NCBI GenBank assembly: GCA_023205875.1 | Contig: CP060759.1 | Coordinates: forward strand, 558,001 to 622,000 | DNA: 64,000 nucleotides | Direction of reading: 5' to 3' | From: Chloropicon primus | Lineage: Eukaryota | Part shown: piece by piece, positions 29,133 to 41,800 of the stretch | How the letters are laid out: every line of letters begins with the position of its first letter | Numbering within the stretch: the stretch's first letter is position 1 | Program-made: the position numbers and the translations under genes | The notes under the pieces: model-generated | The model's database searches: none | The model's input: only the letters and a program-made list of their open reading frames with translations | What the model was told of the DNA's origin: nothing

Positions 29133-30314
29133 TTAGGAAAAGTCAGAAGGCCTCGTCGGGGTCGGGGTATAGCTCGCGCGGAGCTCCCTGGCCAGCCCTC
29201 CCTGCCTCCTCTTCTTGATCCTCGACGCGAGCCGGAGCCCGGCCGCAGACAAGTTGGGCGCCGTCCTCATGGCGACGGGGGTTCTTCCGGAGGCACCGCG
29301 GCCTCCCGGATGCCTCGGGCTCGGGGAAGGGGACGGGCTCAGAACGTACGAGTAGCCTCGCAAATGGTCTGAGCCCCCGCGAGCTCTGGCGCCGGCGCTC
29401 GCGACGTATCCCCGGCGCTGGACGGGCGACTCCCTGACGACGGGCGTCCCTTGGAGGGACGAAACGGAGGTAGAGGGTGACTCGAGGCCGGCCCTCTCCC
29501 CCCGCCTCTCCCTGGCAGTCACCAACCGCGTGTTGCTGGCCGCGATTTCCCCCCGCGGCCCCGCCTTCTCCTGCGTAACCGTCCTCACGTTCTTCTTCCA
29601 ATAGAGGAGCCCCGCGGGGGGCTGATTCGAGGTGCCGTAGCCGTCGGTGGAGCAAGCCCCGCCTCCCTCGAGCCTCTCCAACCTGCTGCACAGCTTGTCC
29701 CTCCTCTCCCTCACTTTGGAGTTCGCCCTGTCGATGATCTCCGAGAAGGACGCGTTGTCCTCGCTCGTGTGCTTGCGGCAGAACTGGTCCAGGCTGAGGG
29801 GCGGGGCCACCACCGCTCGCGCAGTCGTCGTCCTCCCCCACTGGTCGTCCTCCCCCCCAAAAGCGACGCTCTCCGCGGGCGTGTTCGCGGTGCTCGCCCC
29901 CTCCCAGCCCTCGCCCGCGGCCAGCCTGTCCCTCATCAGGACGGACTCGTCCCACTCCGACCTTTCCCCCTCCCCCTCCTCCCGCAGAGGCGTCGCCCAC
30001 TCCACGCCGCTCGCCACGCCGGGCGTCCCCTCCCCCTCCAGCGGGGCCTCGTGACCCGCCCGCCGGAGGGCGTTCCTCCTCTGCGCCCACCGCATCCTCC
30101 CCTCGTCCCCGCTGTTCACCGCTTGGAGCCACTCCAGCTTGCTCTGCAGCTTGGGTATCTCCGGAAAGTAGTCCCTCTGGATGATCGCTTCCAGCTGCTT
30201 GAGCCAAGCCTCTTCACGCAACACCCTGGGCCCCTGCCTCCGCCGCTTCGCCATGTCCACCGCAGGCGGAGGGAGCATCCCACCGCCTCCCTCCTTCTTC
30301 CCTCCTTCCTCCAT
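29133..30314 (-). CDS. ESS2: Splicing factor ESS2/DGCR14 homolog
   Basis: VLREEAW..QLEAIIQRDYFP, SLDQF..KHTSEDNASF, LSAAG.RL, LRASYTP motifs. Confidence 0.85.
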   Translation of the reverse strand: MEEGGKKEGGGGMLPPPAVDMAKRRRQGPRVLREEAWLKQLEAIIQRDYFPEIPKLQSKLEWLQAVNSGDEGRMRWAQRRNALRRAGHEAPLEGEGTPGVASGVEWATPLREEGEGERSEWDESVLMRDRLAAGEGWEGASTANTPAESVAFGGEDDQWGRTTTARAVVAPPLSLDQFCRKHTSEDNASFSEIIDRANSKVRERRDKLCSRLERLEGGGACSTDGYGTSNQPPAGLLYWKKNVRTVTQEKAGPRGEIAASNTRLVTARERRGERAGLESPSTSVSSLQGTPVVRESPVQRRGYVASAGARARGGSDHLRGYSYVLSPSPSPSPRHPGGRGASGRTPVAMRTAPNLSAAGLRLASRIKKRRQGGLARELRASYTPTPTRPSDFS

Positions 30315-30565
30315 CCCCCACGCCCGTCACCTCAGGACGCTTGACACCCGATGCGATGCGAGGGGGCCTCGCCTCCTTCCTGACCCCCTGCCGACGCGAA
30401 TGCCTCGACCAAGGTGTCGACGGAAAGCTCGCGACTTGCTCTACCCATCGAAGGGCAGTCCTTCTCCTCCCCCTGGACCTCTGGACCTCCGTCTCTCTCC
30501 GCGCGTCGACGACGCGTCGAGCGAGGTTGCTCCTCGAGGAACGCGTTGGAGTTTGGTTGTGGAAG

Positions 30566-30713
30566 ATGGCGAAGCGAGCGCTAAGGGAGTTGCTGCGAGC
30601 GTTGCAGAGGTACGCGCCGGAGAACAAGGACGTGAGGTAAGGAGGCGAGGAGCGACCATAACCGTTGCCCTCGGCGGATTGGATGGAAGTGTAACCGTCG
30701 CTTGCACACACAT

Positions 30714-30754
<41 letters not shown>

Positions 30755-31072
30755 AGAGTCTCTTGGAGGATGGACCTTGACCTGACTTGATGGGACTCCC
30801 TGTGTGTGTGGATGGATGGATGGATGCTGGGCAGGACGCAAGTGTTGGAAGAGTTCCGGCGGAACGTGGCTGCGAAGGGTGAGGGTGTCGAGGCTGGGAT
30901 CGCCTTGGCCAAGGACTACGCTTTTCTCCTTCATAGCGTGAACGGGCACCTGGACTTGCTCCTGGACATGAACATATCGACGGACAGGGCGTCGCGGCAG
31001 AGGGAGACGGTCAAGAAGATCGCCAGGAGGGTCGGCCTTCGAACGTCTTACGAGGACGACTTGGACGACTAA
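30566..31072 (+). CDS. Small mitochondrial LYR-like protein, FMC1-like
   Basis: Exons 30566-30636 and 30835-31072 (GTAAGG...GGCAG, phase 2). LRELLRAL, EEFRRN, AKDYAFLL, VKKIARRVGL pattern. Confidence 0.68.
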
Positions 31073-31209
31073 TCGTCACAACAACGACGACGGGGGAGGA
31101 TACGATACATTAAATAGTACAAAAGCATTGAATTCTTCATTGATTTACAAACACGAACAACAACAACTACTGCAAAGGATGGTGAATGGCGGCGATGGTG
31201 GTGGGTTCG

Positions 31210-31533
31210 TCACTCCTGGCCCGCTTGGAGCTTTTCCAGGACGTCGTCGAGGCGAGCCTTGATGCGGTCCAAGTGGCCGGGAACGGAGCCGCAAAAGTGC
31301 TTGACGCTGTACACGCTGTTGTTGAGGCTGTGGATCTCTGTCTTGGCGGACTTGGTGCACTCCTTGAATCGCCCCTTGACGTCCATCAGCGCCGGAACGC
31401 TCGTCTTCACGTGCTCCTGCAGGTAGTACATCCCAAGCGAGGGCTCGTTCGCGACCTCCCTCAGGTACTCGTTCGACGCAAGAACGGCCTCCTTCCGTTG
31501 CAGCGTAGAGTTCGTGCTCCTCAGCATACTCAT
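31210..31533 (-). CDS. BORCS8: BLOC-1-related complex subunit 8 (MEF2BNB)
   Basis: VANEPSLGMYYLQEHVKTSVP signature. Confidence 0.82.
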   Translation of the reverse strand: MSMLRSTNSTLQRKEAVLASNEYLREVANEPSLGMYYLQEHVKTSVPALMDVKGRFKECTKSAKTEIHSLNNSVYSVKHFCGSVPGHLDRIKARLDDVLEKLQAGQE

Positions 31534-32258
31534 CCCCTTGCTCTGTTGGTTCCACGGAACGACAGGTGAACGATGGACCTCCCACCGAAACAGAAAAGGC
31601 GTCCCGAAGGAGGGAACAAACCCATCAAACACCTCAACCCCAGCCAGGATCCCTCAAGGATGGAGCAATGCTTGGTATGGAGGCTATCGCGAGGAAACCC
31701 TTTGGCTTCGCGTCGTCAGAGGTCTTCCTCTATATTATGTGTGACGTTACTTTTCCCAGGTAAGGGGGTAACGTCACAATATGAATGCGTCGTTGTAGTT
31801 TTCCTGTACAAAACGCGTGTTAGTGGCAAAGGATTTGAAACCCGTGTGAAAACACGACCGGGCAAGGCGTGACACTCGAGAGGGAGAGAAGGCGCGCGAG
31901 GGAGGAGGAAAACCCGGCGTGGAGAGGGGAAGGTGTGGGAGAAGGAGAGAGGGGAAGGAATCCTACGGAAGCTTCTGTTCTTCCTCTTTCCGGAGACCCC
32001 TCTGTTGGTAAAAACGGTGGAGGGACGAGGATTTTAGAGACCTCTCTCGAGAGGAAGGGAGAGGGGAAGACGACCGAGCGAGCGAGGGGGAGGGAGTGTT
32101 TCGTTTCGCGGACGGAAAGGGTCGACGCCTTTTCCCTTTTTTTTTCTTCCCTTTCCTTGTCTCTTTCGGCGCCGGTGGGGTTTCGCACGCGCACGCGCAG
32201 AGAGAGAGAGAGAGGGAGAAGCCTTGGCCTTTGCGTGTTTCGAGACGAGGTACGCGCC

Positions 32259-34194
32259 ATGTCTGTCGTGTCGAGCAAGGGAGGTCTGGCGAGCTTGCGG
32301 AAGGCGAGGAAGAGGAACAAGCTCGACAGGGAGGAGGGCACGAGCGACATGGACGTCGACGAGGACGTGAGCGCGTCGTGCCTGAAGAGGCAGGGCAGGG
32401 CGAGGAGCGAGACCTTGTTCTCCGTCCTGGCGAACAGGGAGACGACGACGAGTCGGCACAGGGACAGGTGAGTACGACGGCGCCGGGGGGCGGGGTGACC
32501 TTTCCCCCCGCCACAACCACGGAGTTTTTCTGACCCTCGCTGGCTTTTTTTGACCTTCCTCGACGCGAACGAAACGCAGGGCGCTCCCACGCTGGGTGGA
32601 GGGGGAGATGCTGAAGACCATGTCCGGCTTGTACTGCAAGCTGAAGCCGCCGCCGCGGTCCACCATCGCGGCGGCCTTCAGCCCCGACGGGGAGATACTC
32701 GCGTCGACGCACGGGGACCACACCGTCAAAATCATCTGCTGCAGGACGGGGAACTGCCTGAACGTCCTGCCGGGGCACAGGCGGACGCCCTGGGTCGTGA
32801 CCTTCCACCCCAGGACGTCGCACATCCTCGCGAGCGGCTCGCTGGACCACGAGGTCAGGATCTGGAACGCCAAGTCCTCGGAGTGCATATCGACCCACGA
32901 GTTCGGGAGGCCCATCGCGTCCCTCGCCTTCCACGCTCACGGGGACGTCATCGGGATCGCCTCGGGCCACCAGCTGTACATTTGGGACTACAGCAGGAGC
33001 GGACTGGGGGACCCGAAGCCAGTGTCGGTGCTGAGGACGAAGAGGTCGCTGAGGGCGGTGCACTTTCACCCTTTCGGCATCCCCATCCTGCTCTCGGCGG
33101 AGGTGAACGACCAGGACTCGACGCAGGACCTGGCCCAGGCCCACTGCACGATGAAGTGGAGGGACGCTCTGAACGACTACAACTACAACAGGAACATGGT
33201 GACCCCGGACGCGCCCGTGAACACCCCCGTGGGCCCCGCGGGCCCCGGGATGGAGGAGAGCAGCGGGAGGGGCAGGAGGGCGCAGACGCAGACGTTCCGC
33301 CACGTGACGAACATGCAGGCCCCCCACGGCCAGGCGAGCACCTCGGCGACCCACAACCAAGGGGGGGGCGCCGCGAGGAACGCGACGACGGGGAGGAGGT
33401 GGCAGGGCTTGTCTGGAATCTTCCGCACGAACTTTCCGCCGAACGCCCCGTACCGCCCGGAGGAGGATGCTAACGCCACCCAAGCGGCGGTGGCAGCGGC
33501 CGCCGCCGCGTCTGCTGCCATGTCCCAAGACATGCCCTGCACGGTGAGGCTGAGGATATGGCCCTTTGACATCAAGAGCCCTCAAAAACCGCTGGAGAAG
33601 GAGATCTTAGAGATCAGGCACGCCGTCCTGTGCAGCGAAATGGGGGCTCACTTTTCCCCCTGCGGGAGGTACCTTGCCACCTGCATCGCGTGCCACCCTC
33701 CTCCTGACATGGTCGTGGATAACACGCCCCTCGGGCCGGTGACCGCCCTCTTTTACGAGCTGCGCATCTACTCGATGGAGTCGGAAACGTTTGGCCAGAT
33801 CCTTCACGCCAGACCCATTAGGGCGGCGCACTGCTTGACGTCCATACGATTCTCGCCAACTTCGGAGCACTTGCTCCTGGCCTACGGGAGGAGGCACATG
33901 ACCCTCTTGCAGAGCATCGTGGCTGATGCGGGGACGGGCAACTTGATTCCCATCCACACCATACTTGAGATCTATAGGGTCTCGGACATGCAGCTCGTCA
34001 GGGTCCTTCCAAGTGCGGAAGACGAGGTCAATGTGGCCACTTGGAGTCCATTCCCCGGGGGCGGCATCGCGTATGGCACCAAGGAGGGGAAGCTCAGATT
34101 GCTCGGCAACTATGAGAGCGACTCGTTCTCCATCGAGGACGAGCTGCTTCAAGTTGGAGTTCTGGGAAACAGCGACAGCGGAGAAGAGTATTAA
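32259..34194 (+). CDS. WD40 protein of the plant AMBRA1-like type
   Basis: Exons 32259-32467 and 32580-34194 (phase 2). STIAAAFSPDG..LASTHGDHTVK, GHRRTPWVV.FHP, CSEMGAHFSPCGR, AAHCLTSI.FSP, YGTKEGKL. Confidence 0.88.
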
Positions 34195-34319
34195 TCTGAG
34201 CGCATTCAACTGTAATGAAAAGTCTTTTGCAGTCGACTCGGCAGTCTCGGGCGGGGAACCTCGAAAACAAGTTTTTTTTTTTTAGAAACGCTTAGGTTTT
34301 AAGACAGACAAACCCACCT

Positions 34320-36092
34320 CTAGCTGAGGAGGACGCTGACGATCTGCTTGACGTTCAGCCGCCGAAGGTCGGAGTACTGCTGCCCGCACCCCACAAAGAT
34401 GACCGGGGCGCCCGAAATGTACACCATGGAGAGCGCAGCTCCCACCTTGTTGTCAATCGTGTCAAACTTGGTCAGCACGATCCCATCGATCTTGTGAGGC
34501 TGGTCTTGGCTCGACAACTCTATCAGTCTGTTGTTGAACTTGGTGAGCTGGTCCACGGCCTCGTTCCCCACGAGGGCTTCCCCAACAAACAAGGTCAAGT
34601 TCGGGTTGTTCATGTTGATCAGCTTGGAGAGCGCCCTCATCAGCGGCTCGTTGTCCTGCATCCTTCCTGCGGTATCGATCAGGAGCACATCGCACCTGCT
34701 CTCCTTGGCCTTCTTCAACGCCTCTTTTGCTACCGCAGCGGGGTCCTTCTCGTAGCCCCTCTCGAAGAGCTCGACCCCCAGTCTTTGCGTGTGGGTCCTA
34801 AGCTGCTCCACCGCACCGGACCGGAAAGTGTCGCAAGCAGCGATCATGACCTTCATGCCGTGCTGCATGAGCCAGAAGGCAACCTTGGCCAGATTCGTGC
34901 TCTTCCCGACGCCGTTGCACCCTATGAAGACGATCGAGTACGGCTCCCCCTCCCGCCTCGAGGCCTCCACCTCCTGCAGAATGTTTATGTTCCGCCCCGG
35001 AGATAAAATCTGAGTGAGCGCACTCTCCACCGCTTTGGTCACCGCGGTCGTCACCCTCGTGAAAGACGTCAGCTTCTTTCCCACCATGTTGCTCTCCACC
35101 GTGTTCACGATCTTCTGAGCCACCTCCTCCGCCACGTTCTTTGATATGAGCTTGTCCTTGAGAGTTTCGAGAATGGGTTTCACGTCCGATTCCTCCAGAA
35201 CTGCCTGGCCACTGACGTTGATCTTCTTGTTCAGGTTCTTCATCATGCCCCCGAGCCAGCTGGTCTCCTTCACCACAACCTCGCCCTCGTCCTCGTCCTC
35301 GTCCATCATGCTTTTCCCCGTCGCTTTCTCGACGTTCGCATTCTCTAGGCGCTCCGATTCGTTCGTGTAGTCCAGCTGCTCCCCGTCGTCCATGTTGCCC
35401 CAGCGCCCCCACTTCCTCCCCCCCTTCTTCGCTTTTCCTGTGCTCGACGACGGCTTCTTCGAAGACGTGGCGCAGGCCTGGGGCTTCTCGGACTTGTTCC
35501 CCTTCTTCTTGCCTCGGAGGGCCTTGAGTTTGTCGGTGTCGAACCCCCCGGAGACCTTCTGCGAGGCCTCCTCGCCCCCCGTGTCCTCCCCGAGGCTCAG
35601 GTCGTTCACCGCGTCCTCCACGGGCTTCTCCACCATCACCGCGTCCTTTTCGATGTCCAGCGAGCTGGGCGAGCTGGCCTCGCCCTCGCCCTCCTCGCTC
35701 GACGACACCTCCGCGACCCTGCTCGTCCGCTCCTCCTCGCACCGCGCAAGGACGTCCTGAAAAGTCGAGGAGAAGTCCCCGTAGTCTCTCTGGCTGTCCA
35801 GGAACACGTACTCGAACCGGTTCTTCACCCGCTTCAGCAGCTCTTCCACGTAGGGCACGGTGAGCACGGAGCGGTACACCGCCACGAACACCAAACCCAG
35901 CTCGTTGTTCTGCGTCCACTTGAGGGTGTAGGACACGGACTGGGACGAGTACTTGAAGACCTTCTTGGTCGCCCTCTGGTCGATCAGGCACTCCTCGACG
36001 AGCGCGTTGATCGGATTGCCCACGAGGCCGTTCCACTCGTGGCTCCAGAGCACGGACCCCCCCAAGGTGAAGATGCTAAAGTAGTCCAGCAT
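34320..36092 (-). CDS. SRPRA: Signal recognition particle receptor alpha subunit
   Basis: SRX start MLDYFSIFTLGG.VLW; GTPase motifs GCNGVGKSTNLAK, DTFRSGAVEQL, DTAGRMQ, TKFD. Confidence 0.95.
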   Translation of the reverse strand: MLDYFSIFTLGGSVLWSHEWNGLVGNPINALVEECLIDQRATKKVFKYSSQSVSYTLKWTQNNELGLVFVAVYRSVLTVPYVEELLKRVKNRFEYVFLDSQRDYGDFSSTFQDVLARCEEERTSRVAEVSSSEEGEGEASSPSSLDIEKDAVMVEKPVEDAVNDLSLGEDTGGEEASQKVSGGFDTDKLKALRGKKKGNKSEKPQACATSSKKPSSSTGKAKKGGRKWGRWGNMDDGEQLDYTNESERLENANVEKATGKSMMDEDEDEGEVVVKETSWLGGMMKNLNKKINVSGQAVLEESDVKPILETLKDKLISKNVAEEVAQKIVNTVESNMVGKKLTSFTRVTTAVTKAVESALTQILSPGRNINILQEVEASRREGEPYSIVFIGCNGVGKSTNLAKVAFWLMQHGMKVMIAACDTFRSGAVEQLRTHTQRLGVELFERGYEKDPAAVAKEALKKAKESRCDVLLIDTAGRMQDNEPLMRALSKLINMNNPNLTLFVGEALVGNEAVDQLTKFNNRLIELSSQDQPHKIDGIVLTKFDTIDNKVGAALSMVYISGAPVIFVGCGQQYSDLRRLNVKQIVSVLLS

Positions 36093-36139
36093 CCTCCTGC
36101 TCCTCCTTCCTTCTTCTCAGCAACAACACCAGCAGCACC

Positions 36140-36517
36140 AGAGCCTGCCTCCTCTCCTCTGTGCTCCTTGGCTCCGTGTTCGACGAGCCTCGACAACACA
36201 AAACCAAACCAAACCAAACAAAACAAAACGACCGAGCACTCGTTGGAAAGAGCAGAGAGAGACGAACCTCCTGATCTCGACGCCCTCGACCGCTCTCCCA
36301 CCTCCCCGCCACCCTCCTCCCTCAACAACAACACTAGAGCCTGCCTCCTCTGTGCTCCTGGCTCCGTGTTCGACAAAACAAAACGACCTCACCCCCTGGG
36401 TTGTTTCTTTCGACTGAGCACTCGTTGGAAAGAGCAGAGAGAGACCAACCTCCTGATCGCAACGCCCTCAACCTTTCTCCCACCTCCCCGTCGCCCTCCT
36501 CCCTCAACAACAACACC
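36140..36517. repeat. Imperfect tandem duplication of about 190 bp (36140-36335 / 36336-36517)
   Basis: Both copies carry AGAGCCTGCCTCCTCT..GTGCTCC..GGCTCCGTGTTCGAC...GAGCACTCGTTGGAAAGAGCAGAGAGAGAC.AACCTCCTGATC...CTCCCTCAACAACAACAC. Confidence 0.9.
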
Positions 36518-37062
36518 AGAACCTGGTGACCTGGTGATCGGTTGGCAGACGGCGATTTCTCGCGTTCTACATTAACGTCTCTTATCGATTGGCGCGATTT
36601 TTTGAAATGGTTTCCATTTTGCGGCGAACGAAGGCGACCGCGAAAGCGATCGGAGAGGGGCAGAGAGCGAGGTGAGTTCGCGACGAGGTGGAGGGGAGGG
36701 AGGGGGAGGGGGAGGGGTGGCAGTTAGACCTTGAGAATATCCTTCTCTTGATCTTTCCAGAGACCCCTCTCTTGACGAAGCACGGGCTGGGACGAAGAAA
36801 TGAGAGACTGAAACGTTGATCTTTTTTTTTCTTCTTCGGTGGTGATCTTGGAAGCGTGCAGGTGAGTTTTCCTCCCGACGAGGGGCGGCGACGGGAGAGG
36901 GGCGGCGAGAGCGTCGGAGGGAGAAGCTTCTCTCCGCGATCTTTCGTTTGGTACCGAACTTGCTCTCCGCTTGCAGGAACTGACGAGGCTGGACGTTTTT
37001 GGTTTTGTCTCAGGTGATCGATAGAGAGAGTGATCGGTCGACAGAGCGAGTGAGTGAGAAAG

Positions 37063-38762
37063 ATGGCGGCGGTGAAGCAAGTGAACGCCCATGCGGAGAC
37101 CATGGGGAGCCAGGCGGCTCTCTTCATGAACATCAACGCGGCGAAGGGCCTCCTGGAAGTCATGAAGACGAACTTGGGACCCAGAGGAACGATCAAGATG
37201 CTCGTGGGAGGCGCCGGAGGTAAGGTTTTGCTGCGTGGGAAGAGAGGACCCGTCTTCCCGTGCTGACCCTCTCTCTCTCTCTCCCTTGCCTCGTGTTTCC
37301 GTGCTCCTCCTCCGCAGATATCAAGCTCACCAAGGACGGAAACGTCCTTCTGAGAGAGATGCAGATCCAGAACCCAACCGCCGTGATGATTGCCAGGACC
37401 GCCGTGGCGCAGGACGACATCACGGGAGACGGGACGACGACGACCGTGCTGATCATCGGGGAGCTCCTGAAGCAGGCGGAGAAGTACCTGAACGAGGGCT
37501 TGCACCCAAGAGTCTTGGTGGAGGGTTTTGAGATCGCCAAGAAAGCGGCCTTGGCCTACATCGACAAGGTCAAGAAGCCCATCGACGGAAGCGACAGGGA
37601 GCAGCTCCGCTGCGTCGCGTACACCTCCCTGAGGACCAAGCTCCAGGAGAACATCGCCAACCAGCTGACCGACAACGTGACGGACGCCGTCCTCACCATC
37701 AAGGTCCCCGGCGAGCCCTTGGACCTCCACATGGTTGAGATCATGCACATGAGGCACAAGATGGCCACCGATACGAGGCTCGTCAACGGCCTGGTCCTCG
37801 ACCACGGTGCGAGGCACCCGGACATGAAGAAGTACAGCGAGAACTGCTTCATCTTGACTTGCAATATCTCCCTCGAGTACGAGAAGAGTGAGGTCAACAG
37901 TGGCTTCTTCTACAGCAACGCGGACCAGAGGGAGAAGATGGTCGCCGCGGAGAGGATGTACACCGACGAGAGGGTTCACAAGATCATTGAGTTGAAGAAC
38001 AAGGTCTGTGGCGATGACCCATCCAAGAGCTTTGTGGTCATCAACCAGAAGGGTATCGACCCCTTGTCCTTGGACTTGCTCGTGCAGAACGGTATTGTGG
38101 GTCTTCGCAGGGCAAAGAAGAGAAACATGGAGAGGCTCATTCTCGCTTGCGGAGGAGTTGCCGTCAACTCGGTGGAGGAGCTCACCCCAGAGAGCCTTGG
38201 CTACGCCGATAAGGTGTACGAGCACGTGATCGGAGAGGACAAGTACACCTTCGTCGAGGGCGTCAAGAACCCTCACAGCTGCACCCTGCTGATCAAGGGG
38301 CCCCACGACCACACCATCGCTCAGGTCAAGGAGGCCATTAGAGACGGCCTTCGCGCGATTAAGAACACCTTGGAGGACGGCAGCGTCATTCCTGGCGCCG
38401 GCTCCTTCGAGGTTGGCTTGCAGACGCACCTGAAGAACGAGGTGGTGAAGACTGTTGAGGGGCGTGCTAGACTTGGAGTGGAGGCTTTCGCTGAAGCTTT
38501 GCTCATAGTTCCAAAGACCTTGGCGTCCAATTCAGGTAACGACCCGCAGGAGGCGCTCATTTCTTTGCAGAACGAGCACGAGAAGGGCAACTTTTTGGGA
38601 TTTGATGTGGAGAGCGGGGAGCCAACGGACCCTTGCATGTCTGGAATTTACGACAACCTCATCGTCAAGAGGCAGATACTTCAGTCTTCTCCGATCATTG
38701 CGTCCCAGCTGTTGCTTGTCGACGAGGTGATCAGGGCAGGACGTAACATGCGACCACGTTAA
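37063..38762 (+). CDS. CCT6: TCP-1/CCT chaperonin subunit zeta
   Basis: Exons 37063-37219 and 37318-38762 (phase 1). [55 protein letters not shown]. Confidence 0.96.
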
Positions 38763-38847
38763 ATAAATAACAGACACATAAAGTATTCTTATTTTGGGAT
38801 GATTTCTCTTTATATTTCAAGTTGTTTGTGGTTTGTTTGTGTTCTTA

Positions 38848-41800
38848 TTATTTATCAAGGTTCTTCACCCTCTCAAAACTTGAGACGAGGTCGTCAAGGT
38901 TCAGGTCAAGATCAGAGGACAAGCTTTGGGCTTGCAACAGGTACTTGTCGCACAACTCCACAAGGAGGCCCGCCTCCCTGAGGGGCCTCGTGGACAAAAT
39001 TCCTGGGGTGGACCTGAAGTCCGACTTGGACTTCAGCATTTCCATCTTCGCGAACTCGAGGACTACAATCACCGATTTCAGGTACTGGAGCCTCAGCACG
39101 TTTGTGGTCGTATGCCTCTCAATCAAGGTGTCGTAGACGTATCTCAACCTCTCGCTTGCCCCGCAGACCTCCAGGAGGGTCTTTGGGATTAACTTGTGCA
39201 CGTCCGAGGAAGCAGGGGAGCCTTCGCCGGCGGGCCAGATCCCAGCTGCAATCTCTTCCAGTCTCTGCACAAGATGCTGCATCGGGAAGCTGACGTCATT
39301 TGGGTAAAAGTTATTTCCCAAGTCCCTAACGATCGAGCACGCCGCGGAGAGAGATTGGCCGTCAACACTCTCTTTTATTGCGGCAAACAGGCACATGTCC
39401 CAGTGATCCTTTATCATCTGGACATCAGAAAACTGCGCGAGGTGCAGCATTTCGAGGCAGAGGACCCACATGCACTCTGGCCTCGCAAAGTCGTTGTACA
39501 AATCTTCGAGGGAGAAGAAAGTAGTGACCAGATTTAGTGTCTTCATGGCATAGCCCGCATAGGATGTCAACAGCTGCGTCAGCCTTTCCTGACCGTCCGC
39601 AGTGATGAGATTCCCCAGCTCCGTCTGAATCAACATGCTGATGTTCTCGTGCACGCCCTTGTTCACTAGCTCGGTAAGCCTGTCAATGGATTGCCTTGGA
39701 ATGTTGTATTCCCCTCCCACTTGCATCAGTTCGCTTTCACAGCTGCTAGCCTTTGAAGTGAGCGAATCAACGAGCCTGATCTGGAAAGCAATGATTTCTA
39801 CTTTGCACTGCAATGCATCAAGCAAGGAATTGCTGAAGCCCTCGCTGTCAGGAGACTGCAACCCCTGGTGCTGACTTCTGCTTTTCGCGAGGCGCATCGC
39901 ATCCAAAAGATGTTGCTGCCGCTTCTCCAGGGACACGAAGGATGGATCGCCCTCAGAAACGTTAAGCCGTTCACCCAAAAGGAGTTGCAAGTAAGCCGCA
40001 TGGGAAAACATGTGGCGGTGCACGTAGAGGCGTCCCAGGACCTCAAGCGCGTCAACAGCCTTAGGCATGAGCGCCGGGAGCTTCTTCACTATCGTGTGGA
40101 TCGGAGCCGGTCCTGCAGAGAGACCCGCTTGCTCGCGAAGGAATTCCTCCAAATAAGCTGGATTCTGCTGGATCAGGTCATTCTGTGCCTCCGGGCCCAT
40201 GGACATGAGCTGGTTGTAGAGATATTTGTGGAAGCATATGTCATTGCTTGACATGCAGTGAGACAAGATTTTCGTGTACGTCTTCATTGCTTGGTGGGAC
40301 TCGCTCTCAGCCTTACTGGCTGAGAGTGGGCTGCTCGTCAGTGCAACTTCTGTCATTGAAGAGGTTTTCAGCTGAGTCAAAACCTCAATAACCAGCACGT
40401 AACACTCCTCGCGGACCCTCTGGTAGTCCTCCTTCCTTGCGTCGTTCTGCAGAGCAATATTCCGAGGATCTCTCATGGCAGCTGCCTGAATGACCAAGTC
40501 CACCGCCCCTTGGTAAGCTTTCAGATCAATCAACTCGCTGAAGACTGCGTAGATATTGACAACAAGTGGGACTTGAAGCAACATCTTCAGAGCGTTTTGA
40601 ATCAGCTCGTTTCTCTCCGCGCCACTAGCTTTCCTGGCGCTGCGGAGGCTCATTCTGGCGTCGTAGAAAATCCTGTCTTCAGACTGGAACAGAGTTGGAC
40701 AAGTGGCTTCAAGCTCACTGCTGATTTCCTTCAAGTGAATGGCGCCACTTGACACGTCCATCTTGTAGCTCATCAGCGCCGAGACGAGGGATCGCATCAA
40801 ATTGTCCCCCTCGTCCATCACCACGAGCTCGTGCAGAGTACCCTTCCTGCCGGATGATTTACCTGAAAGTGAGAAGAAATCTCTTGGGGGGCCTTCCAGT
40901 CTATTGACCAGCAAGGCGAGGTTGCCATTGGTCTTTTCTTGCAACATCCGAAGCATCTTGAGGGTCTCATAGCACCTCTGCAACAAAGAGCACAGGGAAG
41001 TGATGCAACTTTGCTCCTTTGCCATTGCAATTTCAACCTTTTGCCTCGTCCGCCTGCCATTCTCGGATATGTAACCCCGGGAGTCCTCGCTCAAGATGTA
41101 CTCCTGGTGGTGGGTGAACTCGATCATGTATTGTACGAGTGACGAGATGCGTTCCTCTAAAAGCCTCATGGACTTGGTGTTCATTGCTAAGCCGTATTCG
41201 ACTTTGCTGCCCCTGGCATCAATACTGAACACACCAATGTCCCACACCGGGCGCAGGAGCCTCGCGGCAAGAAGAGCAAAGCCGTCAAGTCTCGCTGAGA
41301 ATTTGATTTTCGGCTCGCGAGGGCCACCCATGTCAAAAGTGCTGGCGACTGGGGTTGAAATCTCTCCCAAGGAATCGTCCTCCTGGACAGGTCTCCCCGT
41401 GAAGTCGGGGTCCGAGAATACTTTCCTGGCTTCCTCAATGACAAAGGGTGACTTGGCAATGACTTGCATCACTGCTGCAGCTTCGTCCGCCTCCAAACCG
41501 AAGGAAGACTTGAGCTCGTCCAGCCAAAAATCAGCGTCTGCACTGTTTGACCTCACGACAGACGCCGCAAATATGAGGCACATGCACGCGGACTCCGCCA
41601 AGCCGTAGTTCTGGAAGAAGTTCCTGATGTGATCCCTGTTTCCGCTCTCCACCAAGTTCTGCAACAAATCGACTGGCCTGAGCTTTTCCACGATGAGCGT
41701 TCCCGAGGTACTGACGAGCGAGAACCTCTTTGCCGGCAGCATCGCCGAGTGCAAAACCTCAGACAAATCACCGTAAAGGTCCCCCTTGACCTGTACTGTT

